From Spirochaetota bacterium (GTDB lineage Bacteria; Spirochaetota; UBA4802; UBA5550): a stretch of 64,000 nucleotides of DNA. Below are positions 10,365 through 20,322 of this stretch, piece after piece. Every line of letters begins with the position of its first letter. Position 1 is the first letter of the stretch. The translations under genes were made by a program, and so were the position numbers. The stretch is from NCBI GenBank assembly GCA_963664815.2, contig CAXXHB010000003.1, positions 1,344,001-1,408,000 of the forward strand, given 5' to 3'. The notes below the pieces were generated by a model. The model searched no databases and had not been told where the DNA came from. It saw only the letters and a list, made by a program, of their open reading frames with translations.

Positions 10365-10903
10365 ATAAAAACAAGTTCCCGGAAATAAAACCGAAGGGCA
10401 AACTGGTGAAAAAAATATATGTCGCGGTAATGCTCTGGATAGTGGGGAGGGCAATACAGGCGGCTGCAAAGGTTGACAAAGAGGTAAAGGGTGAGTTTGC
10501 CTCACTGCGGGATGATTTTGCCGTAAGGCTCTGGGTTGGCCCGTCCGGTCCGGCAATGATTGTGGGTAAAAACAGTAAGGGCGTTGTGAAATACATGGGC
10601 TGGAGGTCTGAAGGTAAAAAGATCACCATAGATATGAAGATAAAGAATATTGAGAGTGCAATCCTTGTATTCACATTCCAGGAAAGCACATGCCAGGCTT
10701 TCTGCAGTGACCGTTTTGTTGTTTCAGGCGATCTTCCCGATGCCCTGACATTTGTAAGGATTCTTAATTTAATAGAGGTATATCTTCTTCCTAAAGTAAT
10801 TGCATCGCTTGCAGTAAAGAGATATCCAAAGTGGTCACAGATGAATCCCTTCAGAAAACACCTGGGGAGAGTGCTTGTGTATATCAGGGCTTTTACTTTT
10901 TAA
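10361..10903 (+). CDS. Conserved hypothetical protein, SCP2/sterol-carrier-like fold suspected
   Basis: ATGA overlap with upstream gene; 'DRFVVSGDLPDALTF' resembles SCP2 C-terminus. Confidence 0.5.
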   Translation: MNKNKFPEIKPKGKLVKKIYVAVMLWIVGRAIQAAAKVDKEVKGEFASLRDDFAVRLWVGPSGPAMIVGKNSKGVVKYMGWRSEGKKITIDMKIKNIESAILVFTFQESTCQAFCSDRFVVSGDLPDALTFVRILNLIEVYLLPKVIASLAVKRYPKWSQMNPFRKHLGRVLVYIRAFTF

Positions 10904-10967
10904 AAGAGAGTTAAGCCGTTAAAATCCCGGTGATGGGACTGATTAAAATAGTGAAAAGGAGTAATAT

Positions 10968-12236
10968 ATGTATATACCTGGATATTATGAATTCTGCAAC
11001 AGAGTGAAGGTGGTTTCCGGACACAAGGCCCTTGACAGGCTTCCGGAGATGCTGAAGAGCCTTAAATCATCAAGGCCGATGATAGTAACGGACAAGGGTG
11101 TAATGGGTGCGGGGCTTATTGTGCCGGTTAAAAAATCCCTGGGAACAAAACTTAATGCCGGCGCGTACTATGACAATGTACCGGCGGATTCCGATGTGAA
11201 GACAGTGCTTGAAATAGCTAAACTATACAGATCGTCAAAATGCGATTCAATAATTGCCGTGGGCGGGGGGTCGGTACTCGACACTGCCAAGGGTGTAAAC
11301 ATTCTTGTCTCGGAGAACTCCGACAACCTTATGGACTTTGCCGGGTCGGGGGCCTTAAAGCGTAAACTTAAGCCTTTAATCGCTGTCCCCACAACATCGG
11401 GAACAGGCTCCGAGATGACGCTTGTCGCTGTTATCGCGGACCATTCGAAAAATGTCAAGATGGCTTTCCCGTCTCTTTTTCTTCTGCCGGATATGGCTAT
11501 ACTCGATTCCCGCATGACCGCAACGCTCCCCCCGTTTCTTACAGCTCCGACGGGGATGGATGCAATGACTCATGCCGTTGAGGCATATACCTGCCTTGCT
11601 AAAAATCCGCTCAGCGATTCAACTGCCATTACAGCAATTCAGCTTATAAGCCGTAATGTCCTTGCATCAGTTTTAAAGCCGGGTGACCTGAAGGCAAGGC
11701 TTGCACTTGCAAACGGTTCGGCCCTTGCCGGGATGAGCTTTTCAAATTCAATGGTGGGGATGGTTCACCAGATAGGGCATTCCATAGGGGCTGTTGCCCA
11801 TGTTGCCCATGGCACATGTATGAGCATTCTGCTCCCCTACGGACTTGAATATAATCTTCACAAAACGGGGCATCTTACAGCGGAACTTCTTTTCCCCCTG
11901 GCCGGCGAGGAGGTTTATAACAGCACCCCGGTTTCCGAAAGGGCATTAAAAACAATTGCCTATATACGCAACCTGAACAGCGAACTCCGCAAGGCGGCTA
12001 AAGACAAACACTTCACATGCCTGAAACAGGTTGTGGATAAAGACGGGAAGATGATGGTTCCCAGGGAGATGCTGCCTGAAATAGCAAAGCTGTCCCTTAA
12101 TGACGGATCGCTGGTACAGAATCCCGAGGAACTTGACTATAATGATGCACTTATGGTACTTGAACATGCATGGGAGGGGACTCCCCTTGACCTTAAAAAG
12201 ATCAAGAAGGGGAAGAAGACCAGCAAGATCAAGTGA
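10968..12236 (+). CDS. Iron-containing alcohol dehydrogenase
   Basis: 'AVGGGSVLDTAK', 'PTTSGTGSE', 'MDAMTHAVEA', 'GMVHQIGH', 'AHG'. Confidence 0.92.
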   Translation: MYIPGYYEFCNRVKVVSGHKALDRLPEMLKSLKSSRPMIVTDKGVMGAGLIVPVKKSLGTKLNAGAYYDNVPADSDVKTVLEIAKLYRSSKCDSIIAVGGGSVLDTAKGVNILVSENSDNLMDFAGSGALKRKLKPLIAVPTTSGTGSEMTLVAVIADHSKNVKMAFPSLFLLPDMAILDSRMTATLPPFLTAPTGMDAMTHAVEAYTCLAKNPLSDSTAITAIQLISRNVLASVLKPGDLKARLALANGSALAGMSFSNSMVGMVHQIGHSIGAVAHVAHGTCMSILLPYGLEYNLHKTGHLTAELLFPLAGEEVYNSTPVSERALKTIAYIRNLNSELRKAAKDKHFTCLKQVVDKDGKMMVPREMLPEIAKLSLNDGSLVQNPEELDYNDALMVLEHAWEGTPLDLKKIKKGKKTSKIK

Positions 12237-12390
12237 TTGTCAGTGCTGGATTGAACATGGTGCAACATAGACAGAAATCCCCCGGCCTGCTTCGGCAGGT
12301 CCGGCCTGTGCATATTAGGGCTTGTGCCCGAATATTTTGTAGAAACTAATATCATCCGGCGAGATCCGGCCTCCTGGATCACAGGCTGGT

Positions 12391-12773
12391 CCATAATCTT
12401 CCGGCAATAGCCCCCTAAGTCTCACAAAGGATCTATAATCTTCCGGCAACAGCCCCCTAAATCCCACAAAGGATCCATAATCTTCCGGCAACAGCCCCCT
12501 AAATCCCACAAAGGATCCATAATCTTTCAGCAACAGCCCCCTAAATCTCGCAAAGGATCTATAATCTTCCGGCAACAGCCCCCTAAATCCCACAAAGGAT
12601 CCATAATCTTTCAGCAATAGCCCCCTAAATCTCACAAAGGATCCATAATCTTCCGGCAACAGCCCCCTAAATCCCACAAAGGATCCATAATCTTTCAGCA
12701 ATAGCCCCCTAAATCTCACAAAGGATCCATAATCTTCCGGCAACAGCCCCCTAAATCCCCCGGCGGGGGACTT
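12391..12773. repeat. Second 42-bp tandem array (8 full units plus a partial unit)
   Basis: Unit YCRGCAAYAGCCCCCTAAATCYCACAAAGGATCYATAATCTT at 12401, 12443 ... 12737. Confidence 0.95.
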
Positions 12774-13069
12774 GAGGATACTGTTATGAAATTATTTGTG
12801 TTAAATATTTTTTATTTCAGGCAGAACATAATCCATATTGTTAATCACATCTTCATTTTTAAATCGTAAAGTGGTTATTCCGGCACTCTTAAGATATTAA
12901 TCCGTATAATTGTTATAATCCTTTCTGAGTTTATGAACATCTTCATTAATTTCTACAACAGGCTTTTTATCATGACAGTAAACCTCTTGTATGTGTCTGT
13001 GTATTATTTAACTAAGAATATTTATCTGTACAGCCGTCTTTAAGTCCCCTGCCGGGGGATTTAGGGGGC
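12746..13069 (-). pseudogene. DUF559 (Vsr-like endonuclease) gene remnant inside inverted repeats
   Basis: Minus strand FYCHDKKPVVEINEDVHKLRKDYNNYTD*YLKSAGITTLRFKNEDVINNMDYVL; IRs 12746-12773 and 13042-13069. Confidence 0.7.
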
Positions 13070-13154
13070 TTATAGTACAGGTAAATTTACCGGATGATGT
13101 GCCTGTCAGTCCGGGGGGAACAGAAATAAAGTACCCCCGGTTTACAAAGACTCC

Positions 13155-14927
13155 CTAGAATGTCTTTCGCTGGCTGACTATCTCTTCATATATTTCTCCG
13201 GTTAATGGCACATAACAGCTTTTGCCGGTATCCAGAAAGTACAGAGGATCGCTTACAAGGGCGGGATTAAACCCCTCCTGCTTCAGCTTACCCTTGAGCT
13301 GCTTGAAACTGTTTGTAGCATCAATCTCAGGCCTGAGGCGTACAAAATATGGCCTGGCATAGGACGGCAGATGCTGCCGGACATATTCGGCAAGCCCCTG
13401 AGGTTCAAACTTTTTGCCTTCAAGAAGCTTCAGCGCCGCCATACCGCAGCGCCCTTCACTGCCGGGAACCTCAACGCCGTAGACATTGGCATCCTCGAAA
13501 GTTCCGAAGGCGTTGAGCACATCCCCGACCTGGTTGGTCGATACGTTTTCGCTCTTCCAGCGATAGGTGTCTCCAAGGCGGTCAACGAATGACATGTAGT
13601 CGTTTTCATGGAGCTGCAGCAGGTCCCCGCTGTTGAAATACTCATCCCCCGGTCTGAATACATTGCGCAGCAGCTTTGCCTCGGTTGCTTTCGGATTGTT
13701 TACATACCCGGCAAAACGGTTCAATTCGTTGATTGTGCACAGAAGAAGTCCGGTTTCACCGACACTGCATTTAACTGCATATCCATCTTTGTCACGGACG
13801 ATTTCATCATTTTCCACATCGTAGCGGACAATCTCACCCTGCCTCTGGCCGTTAAGCACCATACTTCCGCACATGCCGGGCACCTCAGCCATATTTATAA
13901 ATGATCCCACACCTTCAGTGGCCCCGTACACCTCAATGAGCCGCTCAAGGTTGAAACGTTTTTTGAACGGTTCCATCAGGTCTCCGCGCATGCCGTTGCC
14001 CATGATAAATCTCAGCGGATTATCGGCATCATCATCGCGCGGGGGCTGATTATAGATATATCTGCACAGCTCGCCGACATATATAAAATGGCTTGAATTA
14101 TATTTATGTATATCTTCCCAGAAGGTACGGGCTGAAAACCTGCGGCGAAGCGCCATGGAGCTTCCGCTGACAATGGCCGATGAAAACCCGATATCGAATC
14201 CGCTGTTATGATACAGCGGCAGCACCATATACTGTGATGTGGCCGGGTTCATCTGCCCTATCATGGCGGCTATATGACCCAGAACAAGCCAGCGTCTCTG
14301 GGCAACAGCGGTTGCCTTCGGAAGCCCGGTAGTACCGGAGGTGTATATGTATACAATTACATCGTCACTGGTGACAGTGCCGGTTTCAGCGGGATTTTCC
14401 GATGTGCATGCATCAAGGAGTGGGTTTAAATGTTTAAACCCGGCCTTGCGGGCTGTCTCGCTCCATACGGCCCCCTCCATGTAAAAAACTGCCGGGGACT
14501 CCAGATTCACCTTGCCGTTCACTTCAGCATAGGCTTCAATCAGTTCCTGGCCGACGATAAGGGCCCCGGCCTGGCATATATTCAGTGCATGGGCCAGCAC
14601 ATCTCCCCGAACTCCGTTATTTACAAGTGAAACAATTATCCCCAGTTTACTTAAGCCGCTTGCCGCGATGAGGTACTCAGGGCGGTTTTCCATCAGTAAG
14701 GCGACCACATCCCCCTTTTTAAAACCGAGTTCCCTGAAATGGGAGGCATACTGGTTTGCCCTGCGGTTAAATTCTCCGAAGCTGATGATTTTATCCTCGA
14801 AAATAATAAAGGGAGCCTGCTCCTGAAGTGAGGCCTGCCTTTCCAGTTCAGAGCCAAGGGATTTGGCCTGTTTCTGTCCCAGCGATATCATCTCCTGCAG
14901 ATGATTTCTTGGTGCAATGTCGTTCAT
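13155..14927 (-). CDS. Long-chain acyl-CoA synthetase (FATP/VLACS type)
   Basis: 'IYTSGTTGLPK', 'YGATEG', 'FVDRLGDTYRWKSENVST'; GGAGG RBS before ATG 14927. Confidence 0.92.
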   Translation of the reverse strand: MNDIAPRNHLQEMISLGQKQAKSLGSELERQASLQEQAPFIIFEDKIISFGEFNRRANQYASHFRELGFKKGDVVALLMENRPEYLIAASGLSKLGIIVSLVNNGVRGDVLAHALNICQAGALIVGQELIEAYAEVNGKVNLESPAVFYMEGAVWSETARKAGFKHLNPLLDACTSENPAETGTVTSDDVIVYIYTSGTTGLPKATAVAQRRWLVLGHIAAMIGQMNPATSQYMVLPLYHNSGFDIGFSSAIVSGSSMALRRRFSARTFWEDIHKYNSSHFIYVGELCRYIYNQPPRDDDADNPLRFIMGNGMRGDLMEPFKKRFNLERLIEVYGATEGVGSFINMAEVPGMCGSMVLNGQRQGEIVRYDVENDEIVRDKDGYAVKCSVGETGLLLCTINELNRFAGYVNNPKATEAKLLRNVFRPGDEYFNSGDLLQLHENDYMSFVDRLGDTYRWKSENVSTNQVGDVLNAFGTFEDANVYGVEVPGSEGRCGMAALKLLEGKKFEPQGLAEYVRQHLPSYARPYFVRLRPEIDATNSFKQLKGKLKQEGFNPALVSDPLYFLDTGKSCYVPLTGEIYEEIVSQRKTF

Positions 14928-15046
14928 CTTGTAACCTCCAGCTGATTTTTGTTTAATCTTTTTTACAGGGCGTACGGAGATTGTTTTATGCTGAATTCCC
15001 CATAACAGGCCCAGGGTCATATAAAACTAAAGATAATTGATTATAG

Positions 15047-15092
15047 TTGAACATGTTCAATTATGTCAAATATATTATTTGACCGCGTTCAA
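15047..15092. promoter_or_regulatory. Putative TetR operator pair in divergent promoter
   Basis: TTGAACATGTTCAA (15047-15060) and TTGACCGCGTTCAA (15079-15092). Confidence 0.6.
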
Positions 15093-15216
15093 AAAATACT
15101 ATAGCTGCGGTCTGATTAATCACTTGGCAAAAATCAGTTATTATTATTTTTTTGAATCCGGATCAGCATGAATCTGATTATATTTCATAAAAGCATTAAA
15201 AATCCAGGAGAAGCAA

Positions 15217-15864
15217 TTGAGCAGGGAAGAGAAAACAAGGGATATTAAAAACAGGATCCTCAGTATCGCGTACGATCTGTTTATTGCCCAGGGGTATAAA
15301 AAGACCACAGTAAGGCAGATTATTGAAAAGGCGGACATCCTGACCGGATCACTTTACCACTTTTACAGCAGCAAGGAGGACATTCTTCTCCAGATTGTCA
15401 TAGATGTGTACAACACAATGATGGAAAAAGCCGGCGTTATAATAGAGAGTGAAACCGATCCCATACTGCGGTATGCACTGATATATGTTTTCGAAATGAA
15501 GTTTGTTGAGAAATATGACAGCGTCGCTGAACTCTACTATGAGGCATACAACTCATGGAGAATAACACAGATAATGCTTGATATGAATACCAGGAGAAAC
15601 ATTGAGTTTTTCCATAAATACAACAAGGGCTTTACAGAGAATGATTATTACATCAGGACACTGGCTTTAAGGGGGATGAGGCTGAGCTTTATCTCCGAGA
15701 GATTTTTCAGCAAAAAGCTGGTTTTTGAATCAAAATGCCCCTTTTTAATAGAGACCGGGCTTTTAATGTTCAATGTGCCCCCCGGAAGGATTAAGTCGGC
15801 GATAGAGAAGGCCATGAACACGGCTAAGGAAGACAGTTTTACTTTCCGGGGGTTCAGAATTTAG
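15217..15864 (+). CDS. TetR/AcrR family regulator
   Basis: 'LFIAQGYKKTTVRQI...GSLYHFYSSKEDIL'. Confidence 0.9.
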   Translation: MSREEKTRDIKNRILSIAYDLFIAQGYKKTTVRQIIEKADILTGSLYHFYSSKEDILLQIVIDVYNTMMEKAGVIIESETDPILRYALIYVFEMKFVEKYDSVAELYYEAYNSWRITQIMLDMNTRRNIEFFHKYNKGFTENDYYIRTLALRGMRLSFISERFFSKKLVFESKCPFLIETGLLMFNVPPGRIKSAIEKAMNTAKEDSFTFRGFRI

Positions 15865-15930
15865 GGTGTAGCATGGAGAAGAGTTTATCCCCGGCCTGAC
15901 GGCCAATACCCTGAATCCCGCAGGTGGCAA

Positions 15931-16222
15931 GGACTCCTCGGACCCCGCACCTACCCCAAGGGTACTTTGTCGCTACGCTCGGGCGCCCGGAAGGGGGCAA
16001 AGCTGAAATGTCTGTATAAGTATACCTTCGGCAGCATGGACTTATCGGACCCCGCACCCCTGAAAGGGGCAAGGCAGTATACAAATTTTATAAACCTGGT
16101 TTTAACCATTATTTTTTGAGCACACTCTGTCTATATAGTATACTTTCAGCAACCTGGACTTATCAGCCCCCGCACCCCCGGAGGTGGCAAAGCAGTATGC
16201 AAATTTGATAAACCTGTTTTAT
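15931..16222. repeat. Degenerate ~118-bp tandem repeat with GC hairpins
   Basis: GGACTTATC..CCCCGCACCCC..G.GGCAA.GCAGTAT.CAAATTT.ATAAACCTG at 16038 and 16156, partial copy at 15931. Confidence 0.65.
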
Positions 16223-16345
16223 TAACATATAAAATTTTTAAAAATTCTGCTTGCGCCATGTCATTTGTTTTTTTGCACTGGTTATATAGAGACATAAGCT
16301 TCAATATAACGACAAATAATGATAATAAACAAGGAGTGTATATCT

Positions 16346-16891
16346 ATGGCAAAAGTTAAGCTTCATCCCTATTTAAGAACTGCGCATGGTGGTCTGGATG
16401 GTCTTGTGTTTTACAGGCGTTATGGTAAAATCTACATTAAAGCGCGTACAATTCCTGCTAATCCGCGTACTGAACCGCAGGTGAAGTGCAGGGGTAATTT
16501 CGGCGGCGGTGTTAAGGCATGGCAGGTTCTTCCGGAGGAGGAGAAGAACCTTTACAGAGTAAGGGCAAAGAGGAAGAAAAAATCAGGGTATAATCTTTTT
16601 ATGTCTGAATACCTTCGCGGGATTGCTCCAGGTTCACCTGTTACTCCATCGGAAATCGGCGGAACAGGGGATGCAGTGGTTGTATCCGCCTCAGGTGAAA
16701 TTACGGAATATGCCGGTTACTATTCAGCAAACAGCAGATCAGCAGATGGACAGAGTAATATTAATGCAGTAAAAGACAGAGGTGAAGCTGTTAAAACAGG
16801 ACTTAAGCAGTATGTAGACCCTGTTAAAAACCGTTTCAATACCGTTTCAACACCGTTACTGACAGAGAAAAACGCGCGTTTAAAGCTGTAG
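16346..16891 (+). CDS. Basic hypothetical protein
   Basis: AAGGAG RBS; 'GLVFYRRYGKIY...PANPRTEPQ...W..L...K..Y...GYNLF' N-domain, low-complexity tail. Confidence 0.65.
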   Translation: MAKVKLHPYLRTAHGGLDGLVFYRRYGKIYIKARTIPANPRTEPQVKCRGNFGGGVKAWQVLPEEEKNLYRVRAKRKKKSGYNLFMSEYLRGIAPGSPVTPSEIGGTGDAVVVSASGEITEYAGYYSANSRSADGQSNINAVKDRGEAVKTGLKQYVDPVKNRFNTVSTPLLTEKNARLKL

Positions 16892-17059
16892 GTAGCGTGT
16901 TTGAGGCGTAATTGAAGCGAAATGTAAGCGAAACTGAATACTCTGTAAACAGAGTCGGGATTTTGTCATAAATCTGCAGTGAATTTGAATCTGAACCAGC
17001 TGATGCACGATGCAGACCTCATCCCCGGACCCTCTCCAAATGGCGAGGGGTGACTATAG

Positions 17060-17997
17060 CATTTCCGGTTTCAATTAAAAAACCAGGGGAGCGGTGTGGT
17101 TAAAGAAAAGGGAAGGTGCGGTTCCATCGCTGACACGGGTATATTGATAATATTAATATGTTTTAAGAAAACAGCTTTCCTGTAGTGGTCCCCTCGATAC
17201 ATTTCCAGTTTCACTGGAAACACTCGGGGAGCGGTGTGGTTTAAGAAACCGGGAGGAGCTGTTCCGGAATTAATCCTGATATATTGATAATATTAATAAG
17301 TTTTAAGAAAACAGTTTTCCAGTAGTGATCCCCTCGATACATTTCCAGTTTTACTTAAAAACACTCGGGGAGCGGTGTGGTTTAAGAAACCGGGAGGAGC
17401 TGTTCCGGAATTAATCCTGATATATTGATAATATTAATAAGTTTTAAGAAAACAGTTTTCCAGTAGTGATCCCCTCGATACATTTCCAGTTTCACTTAAA
17501 AACACTCGGGGAGCGGTGTGGTTTAAGAAACCGGGAGGAGCTGTTCCGGAATTAATCCTGATATATTGATAATATTAATAAGTTTTAAGAAAACAGTTTT
17601 CCAGTAGTGGTCCCCTCGATACGTTTCCAGTTTCACTGGAAACACTCGGGGAGCGGTGTGGTTAAAGAAAAGGGAAAAGGCGGTTCCGGAGCTGACACGG
17701 GTATATCGATAATATTAATATGTTTTAAGAAAACAGCTTTCCTGTAGTGGTCCCCTCGATACATTTCCAGTTTCACTGGAAACACTCGGGGAGCGGTGTG
17801 GTTTAAGAAACCGGGAGGAGCTGTTCCGGAATTAATCCTGATATATTGATAATATTAATAAGTTTTAAGAAAACAGTTTTCCAGTAGTGATCCCCTCGAT
17901 ACATTTCCAGTTTTACTTAAAAACACTCGGGGAACGGTGTGGTTTAAGAAACCGTAAAAGGTGGTTCCGGAGCTGATACGGGCATATTGATAATATT
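17060..17997. repeat. 140/141-bp tandem array (~6.7 units) with REP-like hairpin
   Basis: GGGGAGCGGTGTGG at 17086, 17226, 17367, 17508, 17648, 17788 and a variant at 17929. Confidence 0.95.
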
Positions 17998-18208
17998 CCA
18001 TTACGAATAGTAAAAAAACGATGTGCAGAGAGCACATGACCCAATGTCTGTTCACTATGCAGAAAATCCCGCCAATCTCTTAATCCTGTAATCGTGTTCA
18101 GACTATTGAGGTATATTCTGATGTAACGTTGATTTCAATTATATATACTTGACAGATGATCAATATTTTGTAAAATATATATATAAAGAGATTCCGGGGC
18201 ATAATATT

Positions 18209-18493
18209 ATGCATAAAAATGAAATCATTGTATTTTTAAGAAATAATAAAACATTTTTAAGGGAAAGATATAATGTTACCAGGATTGGTTTGTTCGGGTC
18301 ATATGCTGCAGGGAATCAGAGAGAGGAAAGTGATATTGATATTATAGTTTCAATGCCGTCAGAGTTTGATAATTACTATGATCTTAAAGAATACCTCGAA
18401 TCGAATTTAAAACATAAAATTGATCTTGCCCTTGAAAAAAACATACGTGAACTTATTAAAGGGAGTATTGAAAAAGAGGTTATTTATGCCTGA
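18209..18493 (+). CDS. mntA: MNT-family nucleotidyltransferase antitoxin
   Basis: 'GLFGSYA....EESDIDII'. Confidence 0.88.
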   Translation: MHKNEIIVFLRNNKTFLRERYNVTRIGLFGSYAAGNQREESDIDIIVSMPSEFDNYYDLKEYLESNLKHKIDLALEKNIRELIKGSIEKEVIYA

Positions 18494-18914
18494 ACGTGAA
18501 ATATCTCTTTATATAATTGATATACTGATAGCAATAGACCGGATTAAAAGGTATACAGAAAATATTAATAACGCGTCTGATTTCATGAATAGTGAACTTG
18601 AATGGGACGCAACTATACGCGAGCTTCAAATCATCGGTGATGCGGCGAATATGCTTTTAAAGTATCAGATGATTGATCAATCTTACAGGAGAATTGTTGA
18701 CTTCAGAAATCAGATTACACATGCTTATTTTGGTATTGATAAAGATATTGTCTGGGAAGTAATAACTGAAAAGCTTCAGATATTTAATGATGATTTGATT
18801 GCTGTTGTAAAAACGAAAAAAATTGATTTAACAAAAGGTTTAGAAGCAGCTTTGAAAGAAAACAGCTCTAATCAGAAAGTTATAAGTTTTTTAAAATTCT
18901 TAAAAGAGATATAA
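18486..18914 (+). CDS. hepT: HEPN (DUF86) RNase toxin
   Basis: 'FRNQITHAYFGID' Rx4H motif; overlaps the MNT gene. Confidence 0.88.
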   Translation: MPEREISLYIIDILIAIDRIKRYTENINNASDFMNSELEWDATIRELQIIGDAANMLLKYQMIDQSYRRIVDFRNQITHAYFGIDKDIVWEVITEKLQIFNDDLIAVVKTKKIDLTKGLEAALKENSSNQKVISFLKFLKEI

Positions 18915-19036
18915 GTCTGGTAAAAATAATGCAGATCAAAGCAGGTGTCCAATTCAGATAGTGATAGTTTTGTTTCAAAAAAGTTTGGTATTGCCGATTC
19001 TGCACATGTAGTGTTTTCTGAAATGGAGAACTTAAA

Positions 19037-19237
19037 ATGAAAACATTAAAGTATATGAATGAAGAAGAAATACTTAATAAGGGAATTAACATTTTAATGA
19101 AAGAGCTGGGTCCGGTTGAAACGGCAAGGTTTCTGAATATACCCCGGAATAAAAGAATTGAATCTGTTAAACGGCATAGAGACTGGCAGAAGACTTTGAA
19201 TAAAGATGAATTTCTTAATAGTATATTCGGTGAATAA
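19037..19237 (+). CDS. Small antitoxin-like protein preceded by a deleted PIN toxin remnant
   Basis: 'KGINILMKELGPVETARFL'; upstream frame 'FGIADSAHVVFSE' ends in an ATGA overlap. Confidence 0.55.
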   Translation: MKTLKYMNEEEILNKGINILMKELGPVETARFLNIPRNKRIESVKRHRDWQKTLNKDEFLNSIFGE

Positions 19238-20019
19238 TCAATATGATTATATTTGTTTCCAACTTACTTTAAAAAGTATACGTGAACTTATTAAAGGGAG
19301 TATTGAAAAAGAGGTTATCTATGCCTGACCGTGATGATTGCTGTTGTAAAAACAAAAAGATTTCTCTTCATGATACAGCCTTGAGTTTAATTAAAGCCTC
19401 ATATATTGTCCTGCCCCTGTAGTCTGTCAAAGCTTGAGATGGTTATTTAACAGCGCCTTATAACGCCCCCCCGGCATCCCTGCTTGACATTAATACGTCA
19501 AAAACAGGGAAATTTAAAAATTTTCCGGGAAAAACAAAAAAAATTCTGATGTTGCTTCGCCGGATAGATGGCGAATACGTGGCGGATAAAAGGCATATAC
19601 ATGGCGACAGATGAGTATAATCACTGCAGCGTAATGCAGTTTTCGGCACGATTTGTGCATATAACACATAATATGTTTTTATTTCGCGGCAGCCAATTCA
19701 ACAAAGTGATTACCGGTTTTTTAAACAGGGGCAACTTTTTTGCAGGGTATAAGGGACGAAGCCACTTAAAAAAACCACTAAAGGTTTCCTGAGTGCTGCA
19801 AATGCCAATCTGGAAACAAGCCAGATATTTATTTGAATATTTGAAAAAAAGTATTGAAATAACTGCTGTTTAATGAAGGAATAAATTAAATGCATACAGA
19901 CCAATCCGGCAGGGATCATCATGGAAACCGTTTATTAAAAGATAAGGAGAAGGGGAGTTGCAACAGGGAATATTAGTGCGGACTGGTTTCAACGGGATGT
20001 TGTAAATGCCGGGACGGAA

Positions 20020-20187
20020 AACAGTTAAAGATAACTCATCAAGGGATAAATTTACTACACAACTGCCTGAATAAGATAACGAAAAATACAGAAACTATCA
20101 GGACGGTAAAGTCCTGATACAATTATGATTTATACACATGTATGTACGGGGAAATCCGGGATTATTAAGAGTCCACTGGAGATATAG
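20020..20187 (+). pseudogene. intI: Eroded integron-integrase (tyrosine recombinase) C-terminus, co-oriented with cassettes
   Basis: Manual translation NSSRDKFTTQLPE* ... IQKLSGR*SPDTIMIYTHVCTGKSGIIKSPLEI*, matching HxLRHSFATHLLE / IQELLGH / TTMIYTHV...SPLD. Confidence 0.7.
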
Positions 20188-20233
20188 GGGTTACTGTACG
20201 TAACTTCTTTCGCTTTTTTCCGGATTTTTCCTG

Positions 20234-20270
20234 TGTTGTGCGAAAGATTTTGGATAGGACAAGTTATATG
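20234..20270 (+). other. Putative attI site, crossover G|TT at 20263
   Basis: GGATAGGACAA-GTTATAT 75 nt downstream of the intI stop; no attC hairpin to its left; right side complementary to the end of cassette 1. Confidence 0.55.
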
Positions 20271-20322
20271 CAATTGCCCCCCTTTATGTTTATTAAGGGA
20301 TCGTTTATATAGAAGGATTTTT

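Noticed and set aside
8411-12773. 42-bp arrays as CRISPR
   Set aside because: Units are contiguous with no unique spacers; no cas genes in the window
17060-17997. 140-bp array as CRISPR, attC array or the RT's template RNA
   Set aside because: Variable part has only two recurring alleles, there are no RYYYAAC/GTTRRRY ends, and it lies outside the self-contained RT cassette
20233-20322. ORF-track N-terminal extension of the RT
   Set aside because: Crosses the attI/cassette junction at 20263; ATG 20323 has a good RBS
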